64,000 bases of DNA from an uncultured Verrucomicrobiae bacterium (lineage in GTDB: Bacteria; Verrucomicrobiota; Verrucomicrobiia; Chthoniobacterales; UBA10450): assembly GCA_963756875.1 (NCBI GenBank), contig CAVWPA010000003.1:1504001-1568000 (forward strand), read 5' to 3'. Within the stretch, counting starts at the first letter, position 1, and every line of letters starts with the position of its first letter. The translations under genes and the position numbers were made by a program. This document shows positions 30,815 through 39,826 of the stretch, one piece after another. Below the pieces are notes generated by a model, which saw only the letters and a list, made by a program, of their open reading frames with translations, was not told the DNA's origin and searched no databases.

Positions 30815-31252
30815 TCACGGGTGATCTCCGCAATGGTTTTGAACAGTAATTCTTTCTTGATTGGTTTGCTTCAGCTTGCGATTCCGACGAGCGCCGACGA
30901 TGGCACAAGCAACCCCAACAAAGAAGCAGAGGCGAAACAGATTGATGACAAAAAAAGAAACTGAACGGAATGTGCCCGGCGGCATAGACTCCGCCGCCGG
31001 TGCGAGCGGGAGAGGTGCAACGATACCGAGCAGAATCAGGAGAACGCCAAGTGGCACCAGAATGGATTTCTTCGGTGCCGACGATATCCACATCCAAAAA
31101 CCCGAAAGGACTATGAAAGGCAGGGCGACATATCGAACAATGGGCGCGTAATTCGGAAGTTGTTCAAACGGACTGTAAATGTAACCGAGTATCGGAATGC
31201 CGAAAATAATGTGAATCCAGCGAAGGATCGAACGTTTGGTAGCATTACTCAT
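30815..31252 (-). CDS. Hypothetical membrane protein (cassette)
   Basis: About 4 TM segments; ORF fills the cassette. Confidence 0.7.
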   Translation of the reverse strand: MSNATKRSILRWIHIIFGIPILGYIYSPFEQLPNYAPIVRYVALPFIVLSGFWMWISSAPKKSILVPLGVLLILLGIVAPLPLAPAAESMPPGTFRSVSFFVINLFRLCFFVGVACAIVGARRNRKLKQTNQERITVQNHCGDHP

Positions 31253-31441
31253 AATTGGTTGATATATCTATTTATCGGCAAAAGCGCATCAATTACTCTA
31301 GCCTAACGAGACAAAGATAAGCTACGGCCACCAGCGCTGAGGCCAATCTGTGGAGGAAGTAAGTAAATCATCGAAAAGCATGTCCAAGGCGTACCGCAGT
31401 GGCCGTTAGCTTCATCGTGTGGTTAGATGCGGACGTGAAAA

Positions 31442-31657
31442 TCACAGATCGTTTGGCGTCAGACCTGTTCTCTTCGCAATGCGCGCCAGCATGCGGGGAC
31501 CAATCTCCTCCGAATCGTGAAATGCGAACACGGTGTCCGGCCAGCCCGGCCGTGACAGAATCCGGTGAGAGCCTCCGCTCTCGCGCTTGATGGTCCAGCC
31601 GATCCGCAGCAGCGCGGCCAGAACTCGGCGCGCTTTTGCAGAACCCCATTGGCTCAT
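31442..31657 (-). CDS. hicA: HicA-family toxin
   Basis: L.RIGW..KR.SGGSH..L, HDSEEIGP..L..I. Confidence 0.88.
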   Translation of the reverse strand: MSQWGSAKARRVLAALLRIGWTIKRESGGSHRILSRPGWPDTVFAFHDSEEIGPRMLARIAKRTGLTPNDL

Positions 31658-31863
31658 GCCGTGGCGACGGAGAAAACTTGGTCAATCTCGGGGGAATTCT
31701 CGCCCTGCTCAATACGCTCGGCTAAAACACGGAGCCCGAGCGCCTGAACCCGCGCAACCGCTTCCTGGCGCGAACTCCCGTACGCCAGTGCGCCGGGAAT
31801 CTGTGGAACCTCGGCGATCCAACGGCCATCTGTCTCTTGCTCGGTCTCGACTGTGAACTTCAC
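31654..31863 (-). CDS. hicB: HicB-family antitoxin (short)
   Basis: EQE.DGRWIAEVP.IPGALAYG..R.EA; GTG start; ATGA overlap with hicA. Confidence 0.88.
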   Translation of the reverse strand: MKFTVETEQETDGRWIAEVPQIPGALAYGSSRQEAVARVQALGLRVLAERIEQGENSPEIDQVFSVATA

Positions 31864-31944
31864 AATACAATTATGCCGCAAATAGCGAGAGAGCACAAGC
31901 CAGGCCTCACCATCTAACGAGAACAAGATGAGCGACGGCTTCCG

Positions 31945-32110
31945 TTTGTTACAACAATACGGCGGGAGTGCGTGATAATCGCACTCAGCGGTTCGCAGGC
32001 GCGAACTTTGCGGCGGGAGGCCGCGAGCGTTTGGCGAGTTGGTCTAGGGAAGCCGACAACTCGGTTCGGTGAAACCGAGGGAGGCCGGGGCCCCGGATGA
32101 AATCCAGGCG
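31945..32110. mobile_element. attC-inserted ~165-bp element, copy 3 (divergent interior)
   Basis: Same ends (TTGTTACAACAATACGGCGGGAGTGCG / AGGGAGGCCGGGG..CCGGATGAAATCCAGGCG) with a different multi-hairpin interior; inside attC 31913-32199. Confidence 0.7.
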
Positions 32111-33174
32111 AGAGCGCGCGTGGCGGCGGGATGGGAGGTTCGAGTCATGAAAAACTTGGCCGTACGCCGGCCAGCGGTTGGCTGCATCGCTTGGTTAGGC
32201 TTTTCGTGATCCATGTTTTCAACCGCCGCGATTGCCGCTTGGACGGCAACTGGATCAAGTGTGAGTGAGATGTGGTCGATCCCCGGGAGCACCGTCACAG
32301 GAACATCTTTGCCAGCTGTCTTGAAAACGGCTGCAAACCGATCGGCGTACGACACCTCATCGTTTTGACCGACGAGCACCCGAAGGGGTTGCCTAACCGC
32401 TCGAATGTTTGCCTGGTAATCGCGCTCAGGCCTGAAGTTCTGCGCGAGGGCGAAGGAGTATTGCGGGGTGAGCAAGCCCTTATCCCTCTCGGCGACCGCG
32501 AATCTGACCACTGGCAGGTCGTCAAACGCGTGCACCCGAAACCCGTTGAGCACGGCGGTCGCTATGATGCGCGGAACGCCCACGGTAGCCCAGCCGCCGT
32601 TACCCGGACGCAACGTCGCTGCGTCCTGACTGATCCAAGGAGAAAGAAGAAGATAGTTGGAGAATAGTTCCTGACGTGGACTGCCCGCGAAGCGAAGCAC
32701 AAATCCGCCGCCGGAAGAGAACCCGGCGAGCGTGGAAGGCTGAGCCAATTTAGTCGAATGGACGAAATCTTCCATGTCGTCCTCCAACTGGCCGATATAA
32801 GCGATGTGGCCTTTTGTGCCTGATTCGCCGTGTCCGCGGACGTCCAAAGCGTAGGCTGCATAGCCAGCCGCAGCAAAACCCTTGGCCATCAGGTGCATGC
32901 TGCTGCTAGTGGCAGAGGAGCCGTGCACGAGCACCACACTGCCTTTGACAGCGTCACCGGCATTCGGGTAGGCCCGAAAGGCGAGCTTGGCGCCATCGCG
33001 AGCCGTAAAGTAACTTAGCTCCGGTAAATCGGAGAAATCCACGTTCTTGAAAGGGTCACCAATGCTCGACATTGGCGGCGGCGCAGCGCCTGGCCCGCCA
33101 AGAGCGATTGCGAGCCCAAGGGCAGCCACAAGAACTGCGACAACAATAAGATTGGTGATGAGAAAACGCTTCAT
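32044..33174 (-). CDS. Alpha/beta hydrolase (cassette); reading frame runs through its attC
   Basis: VLVHGSS, DVRGHGES, GFSSGG; C-terminal tail translated from attC and insert sequence. Confidence 0.88.
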   Translation of the reverse strand: MKRFLITNLIVVAVLVAALGLAIALGGPGAAPPPMSSIGDPFKNVDFSDLPELSYFTARDGAKLAFRAYPNAGDAVKGSVVLVHGSSATSSSMHLMAKGFAAAGYAAYALDVRGHGESGTKGHIAYIGQLEDDMEDFVHSTKLAQPSTLAGFSSGGGFVLRFAGSPRQELFSNYLLLSPWISQDAATLRPGNGGWATVGVPRIIATAVLNGFRVHAFDDLPVVRFAVAERDKGLLTPQYSFALAQNFRPERDYQANIRAVRQPLRVLVGQNDEVSYADRFAAVFKTAGKDVPVTVLPGIDHISLTLDPVAVQAAIAAVENMDHEKPNQAMQPTAGRRTAKFFMTRTSHPAATRALAWISSGAPASLGFTEPSCRLP

Positions 33175-33309
33175 GCGATGGCCTAACGAGACCAAGATCA
33201 GCTACGCCTTCCGACGGCGAGACTGATTTGGAATGAGGATAATCTAATCATAAGAAAATGTCGACGCGGTACGGGAAGGCGTTACCCGAATCGCCTGGTT
33301 AGATCCTCC

Positions 33310-33663
33310 TCAGTGCCGACCATGCAACGTGAACGTGATCGGAACCATCAGTGAATGTACTGCGTGGGGTTTTGCCTTCCAAAGTCTCAGAGCGGCTATG
33401 GCGTGTCCATCAAGGAGGGGCGAGCCTGTGCTCTTCACCACATGGATCTCACGCAAGTGACCAGAAGCATAATCAAACTTGAGCTCGAACAACGCGCTGC
33501 CTTCAACGTGGTGTCTGCGCATTTCGTACGGATAATCAGGGAGCGCAGCCCTAGTGAGTAGCTGCCGCTCTGCCTCATCCAAAGAAATCGTCGCTTTTTG
33601 GGAACCGGCAAAACTGGCGGCCCCAAGCGTGGCGAACATCAGAAGTAGAAGGCAAGCACGCAC
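33310..33663 (-). CDS. TonB C-terminal domain protein (cassette)
   Basis: PDYPYEMRRHHVEG, KSTGSPLLD..A..ALR.W, VPITF. Confidence 0.8.
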   Translation of the reverse strand: MRACLLLLMFATLGAASFAGSQKATISLDEAERQLLTRAALPDYPYEMRRHHVEGSALFELKFDYASGHLREIHVVKSTGSPLLDGHAIAALRLWKAKPHAVHSLMVPITFTLHGRH

Positions 33664-33798
33664 AAGATCTAACGAGAACAAGATGAGCCACCACTGGCGA
33701 GAGCGCGCGTGGCAGCGGCATGTGGGGTTGGAATCACGAAAAACTTGGGCGTACGCCGGCCAGTGGTTGGCTCCATCGCCTGGTTAGATGCCGGCGTC

Positions 33799-34038
33799 CT
33801 ACGAAGCAAGTAGTGTCCGAACCGAGATGTCTTCATCCACGTCGTCCCAGTGAATGCCAACCCCGCGGCCAATCAACCGCCACTTCGCTCTTTGGTCGGG
33901 TGTGGCTCGCAGAAGCCGAGGGAACCACTCCAACGGAGCTGAGACGCGGCGGCCATCTGCGAGAGTGACGACCAACTCGTCGTCGGTGCACGACACATCG
34001 ACGGCATCGGCGACCGGCTTACTGGCTAAAGTGCTCAT
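33799..34038 (-). CDS. DUF2442 family protein (putative antitoxin)
   Basis: V.LADGR..SAPLEWFPRL..AT, GIHW..VDEDISV. Confidence 0.88.
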   Translation of the reverse strand: MSTLASKPVADAVDVSCTDDELVVTLADGRRVSAPLEWFPRLLRATPDQRAKWRLIGRGVGIHWDDVDEDISVRTLLAS

Positions 34039-34255
34039 CCCAAGCAATGATAAACTTCTGAGCGTGCTCTGCAATAAGAGAGTGGATCTCGCGCAACTCG
34101 GAGCCGCGAAAGCCACGCGACTCCACCAGCTCGATCAGCTCCAGCCAAAACTTTGCGTATCGCTCGGCTTGCTCCACGTGGACGTGCCGGGGCTCCTGAC
34201 CTTCTCGACTGAAGAAAAAGAAGCGATAGCCGCCAATACGCAGAATCTCGGGCAT
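34019..34255 (-). CDS. DUF4160 family protein (putative toxin)
   Basis: MP.ILRIGGYRFFFFS.EG.EP.HVHV...AKFWL. Confidence 0.88.
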   Translation of the reverse strand: MPEILRIGGYRFFFFSREGQEPRHVHVEQAERYAKFWLELIELVESRGFRGSELREIHSLIAEHAQKFIIAWDEHFSQ

Positions 34256-34555
34256 CGCTGCCGAATCTACGGTGCCTTGCCGCCGCCGCAACACAACGCG
34301 CCTGGCTCATAGCATCTAACGAGATAGTGCTGGGCCACCGCTGGCGGCGGCGGGCGTGGCGGACATCGAGAACTGCTTCATAAAATCAGGTGTGGACTTC
34401 ACAACGGCCCGCCTGAGGCGGGTTGGCTGCAGCGATTGGTTAGGCCTTTCGATCATCATCATGGGTTTTAGGATAGCGCGGAATAATCGTGACAACGCAC
34501 CGGTGTGCGCGGCAGAATCAATGCCCTGTTACGGTCTTGATGAAAACTCTACTCT

Positions 34556-35560
34556 ATGGAAAATCTTAATATCAATCTCCGACTCTGTGATTTTGCCGCG
34601 ATAGTGGCGACGATATTGATTTCGAGCAGTGCCCGCTCGGTCGCGCAAGCGAACGTGCAGAATGTCCAGGTGGTCAGTACTCCAGCCCCTTCAGGTTCAC
34701 CGCAGACGAATCTGCCGAATTTTTCAGCTCTTTCGACTCCTTCAGATACGCCGCCTCCCTCAACTTCCGGTTCCGGCCTATCTTCACTTATCGGGATTAC
34801 GCCTCAAAACTCCGGCTCGACGGCAACGTCGGCAAGTCCGGCAGCGCCGGCTTCACCCGCTGCTTCAGCTACTTCGTTTGTGCCCATCGACCCGGTCGAC
34901 TCGTTCCAAACGAAGTTTGCCCCCAACCAGAACGTCGGCGATGGTGTCGTCAACACTAACCCGGTCAAGCCCGCCCCTTCGCCTGCTATTTCGGCGAGCC
35001 CGGCGACGACTAATATCCCTATTCAAGGATCCCAGGTGAACGAGGCCGCCCACGCCACGGGAACAGGGACGGGAACGGTAATGCCCAGTAACAACGTGCT
35101 AATTCAGGGATCCCAGGCGAACGATAACGCCCACGCCGCGAGCTCAGGATCAGTGCCGATAACGCCCAGCAAAAATGTCTCTATTCAGGGAGCTCAGGTA
35201 AACAATCCGCTTACAGGCAACGCAGACAACAACGCGGGCGATGCAGATAACCGCCGCGTCAATCGACATCCTGGACACAAAATTAAGAACAAAGGCCAGG
35301 GACAACTGAGCAACGCAGGAGCCGGCGGCGACGACAGTGGACCCAAACTACACGACGGTCAGCACAAGAAGCGGGAACGAATCCAGACCCAGGGACAAGG
35401 AGGCAATGGGCAGCGCCATCATCACCAACAGCAGGTGCAATCCACTCAACCGCAGCCGGGCCTCAGGGCTTGGGGCACCACAGTCCATGCGGGCAACGTA
35501 GACAGCGCGGGCGATGGTGGTAAAAAAGGGAAACCAAAACCTACCCCAACCCCCCACTAG
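34556..35560 (+). CDS. Low-complexity P/S/T/N-rich exported protein, inverted in its cassette
   Basis: Signal-like N-terminus, three IQG(S/A)Q repeats, C-terminal KPKPTPTPH. Confidence 0.7.
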   Translation: MENLNINLRLCDFAAIVATILISSSARSVAQANVQNVQVVSTPAPSGSPQTNLPNFSALSTPSDTPPPSTSGSGLSSLIGITPQNSGSTATSASPAAPASPAASATSFVPIDPVDSFQTKFAPNQNVGDGVVNTNPVKPAPSPAISASPATTNIPIQGSQVNEAAHATGTGTGTVMPSNNVLIQGSQANDNAHAASSGSVPITPSKNVSIQGAQVNNPLTGNADNNAGDADNRRVNRHPGHKIKNKGQGQLSNAGAGGDDSGPKLHDGQHKKRERIQTQGQGGNGQRHHHQQQVQSTQPQPGLRAWGTTVHAGNVDSAGDGGKKGKPKPTPTPH

Positions 35561-35664
35561 AAGGTTTCGTGTGGATCACGAAACTTGTCACCGGAGGCAT
35601 CCTCGCTCTGCGTCGACGGCGCCGGCTTCCCGCCTAACGAGAACAAGATGAGCGACGGCTTCCG

Positions 35665-35824
35665 TTGTTACAACAATACGGAGGGAGTGCGTGAGCGCAG
35701 CGAATGGAGCTGCGGGTCAAGCGACATGGAAGGTAAAACGACGAGGGTAGGAGCGAGTGAGTGTGGGCAACGAACGAGTTTCAATCGCACTAGGGAAGCC
35801 GGGGTCTTGGATAAAATCCAAGCG
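35665..35824. mobile_element. attC-inserted ~160-bp element, copy 4
   Basis: Nearly identical to 29347-29506; inside attC 35633-35981. Confidence 0.75.
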
Positions 35825-35994
35825 AGGGCGCGCGTCGATCGGAGTGAATGGAGTGGACTGTCAAGCCACGACATAGACGGGAAGCCCGGAGGGGAGGGAG
35901 AGCGCGACGAACCAAAATGTGGAAGTCATCTCAAAAGTGGAGCGCACAGCGGTCCGCCGTTCGCTCCATCGCATGGTTAGGTGCTTGGTGATAA

Positions 35995-36570
35995 TCATAG
36001 ACTTCGCTCCTTCAGGAGTCTGATTAACGTTAATGCAATATCAACGTATTGCGTAGCCGACTCCTCACTCATTTCAAAATCCTGTTTATGGGTAGCTGCG
36101 TTACGGATTCGGCTAAGAGAATTAAACAACTCTTCCTCGTGTCGCCCAAAAACCTCCTTGTCCCGGAGCATCTTGGCGATGGAGGTGTGGGCTAAGAGCT
36201 CTTCTTTCGTGTCAAGCTCCGGATAGTGTTTGATAAGGGCTTCAGCGGCCGGCCAGCTCAAGCATCGAATACGCGCCAAGAACGGCAGACCTTTGATCAA
36301 AGCAGGCGATCTCTCCAAGCTCGGTTCGCGGAATTCGATCAACCGACGTTGGTCTTTTGAGAGTGATGACGGGGCGGGAAGAGCAGCGACGTCATGTTTC
36401 AAATCCTCAATCTGCTTTGCGAAATCGATTATTGTATCCCGATGCTGCAACCTTGTTAGCCGAGGGAATACAGCGGCGATCCCTCGGCGGAATAGGAGTC
36501 CAATTACAATAACTGTGGCAGGCCAGCTTGTCGCCTTTATCAGTTCGGCTGTAAACGTGAGAGCGTCCAT
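35995..36570 (-). CDS. Hypothetical protein with N-terminal TM (cassette)
   Basis: SWP..V.V..LLFR N-terminus; C-terminal RIRNAATH resembles a HEPN-like RxxxxH. Confidence 0.7.
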   Translation of the reverse strand: MDALTFTAELIKATSWPATVIVIGLLFRRGIAAVFPRLTRLQHRDTIIDFAKQIEDLKHDVAALPAPSSLSKDQRRLIEFREPSLERSPALIKGLPFLARIRCLSWPAAEALIKHYPELDTKEELLAHTSIAKMLRDKEVFGRHEEELFNSLSRIRNAATHKQDFEMSEESATQYVDIALTLIRLLKERSL

Positions 36571-36641
36571 AGGGGCCTAACGAAAACAAGATCAGCGACG
36601 GCTTTCGAGAGCGCGGCTGACCTGAAATGATGATACACTAG

Positions 36642-37374
36642 TCATGTTTGAAATGTGAGCGCGACGCGGGAAGCCGTTCGCTGCATCGTTTGGTTAGGCG
36701 TAATCGTTGCTCCTGCCATGGTGTATGAAATCGGAACCTTAAAATGTCGATCGTACGAACCCGGTTTAAACTGCCAGCGACGAAATGCGGACATAATAGC
36801 GTTGTCCAGGATGGGCGAGCCGAGTATTCTGCGCCATCGAAACGTCCGTGACTCTGCCTGAGGAGGGCTCTATAGTGAATAAAGCTACGCCGGCTCCAGT
36901 GATGTGTCGCGCACGTGCTCCGTAAGGATACTCTGGTCTAGGAGCTGACATCGCAATTGGGCGCGTAATAAGCGGGGTCGAGGTGGGCGTCGGCATCGCT
37001 GCCAGAGCAGCGGCTTGCTGTTGCTCTCGCTCGGCTGCTGCAGCTTTAGACGCTGCATCGAAGTGAGTAGCGTCATATAGAATGGTGCCGTCGGTGCGTT
37101 GCAATCCTTCAGGAACAAATCTGAAGTATATAGCCTGCGGGGAGCCTAGAACTGTAGCTACGACACGAAGTGAATCTCCATCTCGGGAATACTTGCAAAC
37201 GTAGTTGGGGTCGCCGCTGCTGGGAGTGAAGTCTAGCTCGTCCGATGAAATGATCTTCACGGCCGGGCCGCCGTTGACGGCGCGAAACATCGCGCCTCGC
37301 AGATCAGTGGAATCAGTGCTCGCGCGCAGTGCGAGGGCTGCGGCAAAGACGAGCAATAACGATGCGCGCTGCAT
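36642..37374 (-). pseudogene. Exported TonB C-terminal domain protein, +1 frameshift near 36824
   Basis: PRPEYPYGARARHITG... continues as GSPILDNAIMSAFRRWQFKPG in the shifted frame. Confidence 0.75.
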
Positions 37375-37501
37375 TAGGCCTACGAGAATAAGCTCAGCTA
37401 CGCCTTCCGAGAGCGCGGCTGAACTGGAATCAAGGATACACTAATCATAACAAAATGTGAACGCGATACGGGAAGCGTTAGCTGCATTGTCCCGTTAGGC
37501 C

Positions 37502-38231
37502 TCATGGTTGCTGGACTGCTAGCTCCACAACCTGCTTGGGAAGCGTGCCTAGGAAGAAGACCCGACTGAAACGTGTTGTGTGGTCCTTCCTGCCGAGTCT
37601 CGCTCGGTATCTCACACCAAGAGGACAGACCAAAACCCTCGGAAGCGATCAATAACCACACGGCCTCGCAACGCTGCCGATATCCATCGAGATATATTTC
37701 CTTCGTAGCGATTGCATTCCGAATGTGATCGGGTTGGCCAAACGGAAACCATCCGGCGCGAGGCACCCGCCAATCGCTCTCCGTATAGTCGATTAACCGG
37801 TCGATGCGCACGTGGTGGACGGAAGAAGCCAACGGCTCAGGTAGCAACGAACAATCGAGGTCACACCAAGCTCCGAGCGGCGGGATGTTCTGAGCGACCA
37901 CAGAGGAAAGAGCCTCGGATATAGGTCTGCGGCCAGACCGGGGAAGTGGCTCGCGGGTGATCCAGTGGACACTAACGCCAACCGTTGGATTGCCAGTTGC
38001 TTGATACTGATCACGCGCCATGTCAACGATTCGCTGTTCTTCGCTTTCGCGTCGCTTCTCGGGTTCGCGTATGTGTCGGGTAATCTCGATTCCGATGCGG
38101 CTGCCGCAAAAGTCCGCCAATATGTCAGGTGCGGGTGGTTCAGGTTGTTCGATACGCGTGAGAGTAAGTTCAGGCGATAGCCGCCTCAACTCATCGAATA
38201 GCTGAAGCTCGAATTGTTGCTTTGGAGTCAC
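37502..38231 (-). pseudogene. Hypothetical protein (possible PD-(D/E)xK-like), +1 frameshift near 37585
   Basis: PD...IGIEIT motif; shifted frame reads RFSRVFFLG... and stops at TGA just before the attC. Confidence 0.65.
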
Positions 38232-38366
38232 GCGTGAATAAGGCCTAACGAGAACAAGCTGAGCGACCGCCGCCGAGAGCGAGCGTGGCTTCGACTGAAA
38301 CTGTTTTAATCATCTGAAATGTGGACGCGCAACGGGTGGTGGTTAGCTCCACTGACTGGTTAGGTC

Positions 38367-38669
38367 TCATCGGGCAATGGATACTTCGCCCCAGTTAATC
38401 GGAATCACCGTATTCTGTGTGCTATTGACCCCGATGTACATTCCGTTTTTCGACTCGACCAAGTCGTGGCCCACGACTTGGGACAAGTTGACGTCGACGG
38501 TATTATCAACATCGACGTTGCCCCGGACTTCCACTGCAGCCCCGATGTCTGTAACAACCACTTTCTGCTGCTCGTGCGGCGGGATAACGCCAGCGTTCTG
38601 GAGTGCGATAACTGCGACACCGATGGAGATCAAATACAAGGGGAGTGTGATTCGCGTGAATTCTTTCAT
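38367..38669 (-). CDS. Hypothetical protein (two-gene cassette)
   Basis: ATGA overlap with the upstream ORF. Confidence 0.65.
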   Translation of the reverse strand: MKEFTRITLPLYLISIGVAVIALQNAGVIPPHEQQKVVVTDIGAAVEVRGNVDVDNTVDVNLSQVVGHDLVESKNGMYIGVNSTQNTVIPINWGEVSIAR

Positions 38670-39031
38670 AGTAAGACCTTAATTATGACTGCGGAGAAAC
38701 TGAGAAGAATGACTAATAAAAAGAAGAGCGAACCACTAAACTCCGCCACGACGTATGGGAAGGAACCCCATGCCTTCTTAAATTCTTTTACTGTATATTT
38801 CGCTCTCTCACGCGCCGAGGCAGTTTTCGCGTCAGGCTCGTTTGCCGGCTGACGACCAGCATGCGCAGCCCATCGGGTGAGCACAATGTTGATAGCAACG
38901 AACGACACGGCGGCCGACGACAACACGGCCGCAACACCGCAGAGCTTGTCCAACGCGACGACGTTAAAACCGACCGCGGCAGCCGTAAACCAGAACTGCT
39001 CGTCGCGGTAGTTTGTAGAGGCTTCACTCAT
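38666..39031 (-). CDS. Hypothetical membrane protein (two-gene cassette)
   Basis: About 3 TM segments; ATG just after the attC core. Confidence 0.65.
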   Translation of the reverse strand: MSEASTNYRDEQFWFTAAAVGFNVVALDKLCGVAAVLSSAAVSFVAINIVLTRWAAHAGRQPANEPDAKTASARERAKYTVKEFKKAWGSFPYVVAEFSGSLFFLLVILLSFSAVIIKVLL

Positions 39032-39161
39032 GCGCGCGCGGGAGACCTAACGAGAACAAGATGAGCCACCACTGGCGAGAGCGCGCGTGGCAGCGGGAGA
39101 TGAGGTTGGAGTCATGGAAAACTTGGGCGTACGCCGGCCAGTGGTTGGCTCCATCGCCTGG

Positions 39162-39659
39162 TTAGGTCTTTGGGTCGCTTTCTTCGAGAGGCTTTGTATC
39201 CACGTTCAGCCTATTTGTGCTCTGTAAAACGCGAAGCCACTCGGTCTGGCACTGCCAGTTCAGATGCTGTTGATCGGCGTGGGCCTGCGGCGAGTAGAAC
39301 TTATCAATGTCCGTCTGCTCAAGCCGCTTGTAACCAAGCGCCCGCGCCATCGCAGACAGCATCAAAAGATATGTATGCTCCCGCTGCTGGAAATTCTGGT
39401 TGGCCGGTGGATTCACCAGCGCGGCGTAATACTCGTGCCACAACTGAACAACTTGAGCGTTCTCGGCAAAAACAACATCGATCACATTCAGAGCGTTCAC
39501 CCACTCGAACGCTGGGGGGAACGAACGCCTGTGGACCATCAGCGTCAGAAACAAGCGCTCTTTAGCATCCCGTCGCGCCTTACGAGCCTGCCACCAAAGC
39601 GTGATGATGACAGCGAACAATGGCCCGACGACGATCGCGATAATATTGACGGCCTGCAT
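39162..39659 (-). CDS. DUF6680-like protein (cassette)
   Basis: IAIVVGP..AV.IT, LF.TLM..R, VNALNVIDVVF, LL..MA..LGY. Confidence 0.75.
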   Translation of the reverse strand: MQAVNIIAIVVGPLFAVIITLWWQARKARRDAKERLFLTLMVHRRSFPPAFEWVNALNVIDVVFAENAQVVQLWHEYYAALVNPPANQNFQQREHTYLLMLSAMARALGYKRLEQTDIDKFYSPQAHADQQHLNWQCQTEWLRVLQSTNRLNVDTKPLEESDPKT

Positions 39660-39826
39660 GAGACCTAACGAGAACAAGCTGAGCTACGGCTACCGGAACC
39701 GAGCGTCAAATGCGATCTGAATGTTTTAATCACGACAAAATGTAAATGCACAACGGGTAGCCAGCCTGCTCGCGAAAGCCTTCGGAGTTAGCTCGAGCGC
39801 CTGGTTAGGTCTCCGGCACAATAAAA

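Noticed and set aside
27364..35824. The attC insert as a group IIC-attC intron
   Set aside because: GTGCG is internal rather than at the boundary, I see no domain V/VI or RT, and the insertion is not in the R'' box.
27313..35980. Repeated ORFs containing GVRERSEWSCGSSDMEGKTTRVG (27313, 29291, 35585) and their antisense ORFs as a protein family
   Set aside because: They are translations of the attC-inserted element. Starts and stops are inconsistent between copies, and the fourth copy keeps the ends but not the peptide.
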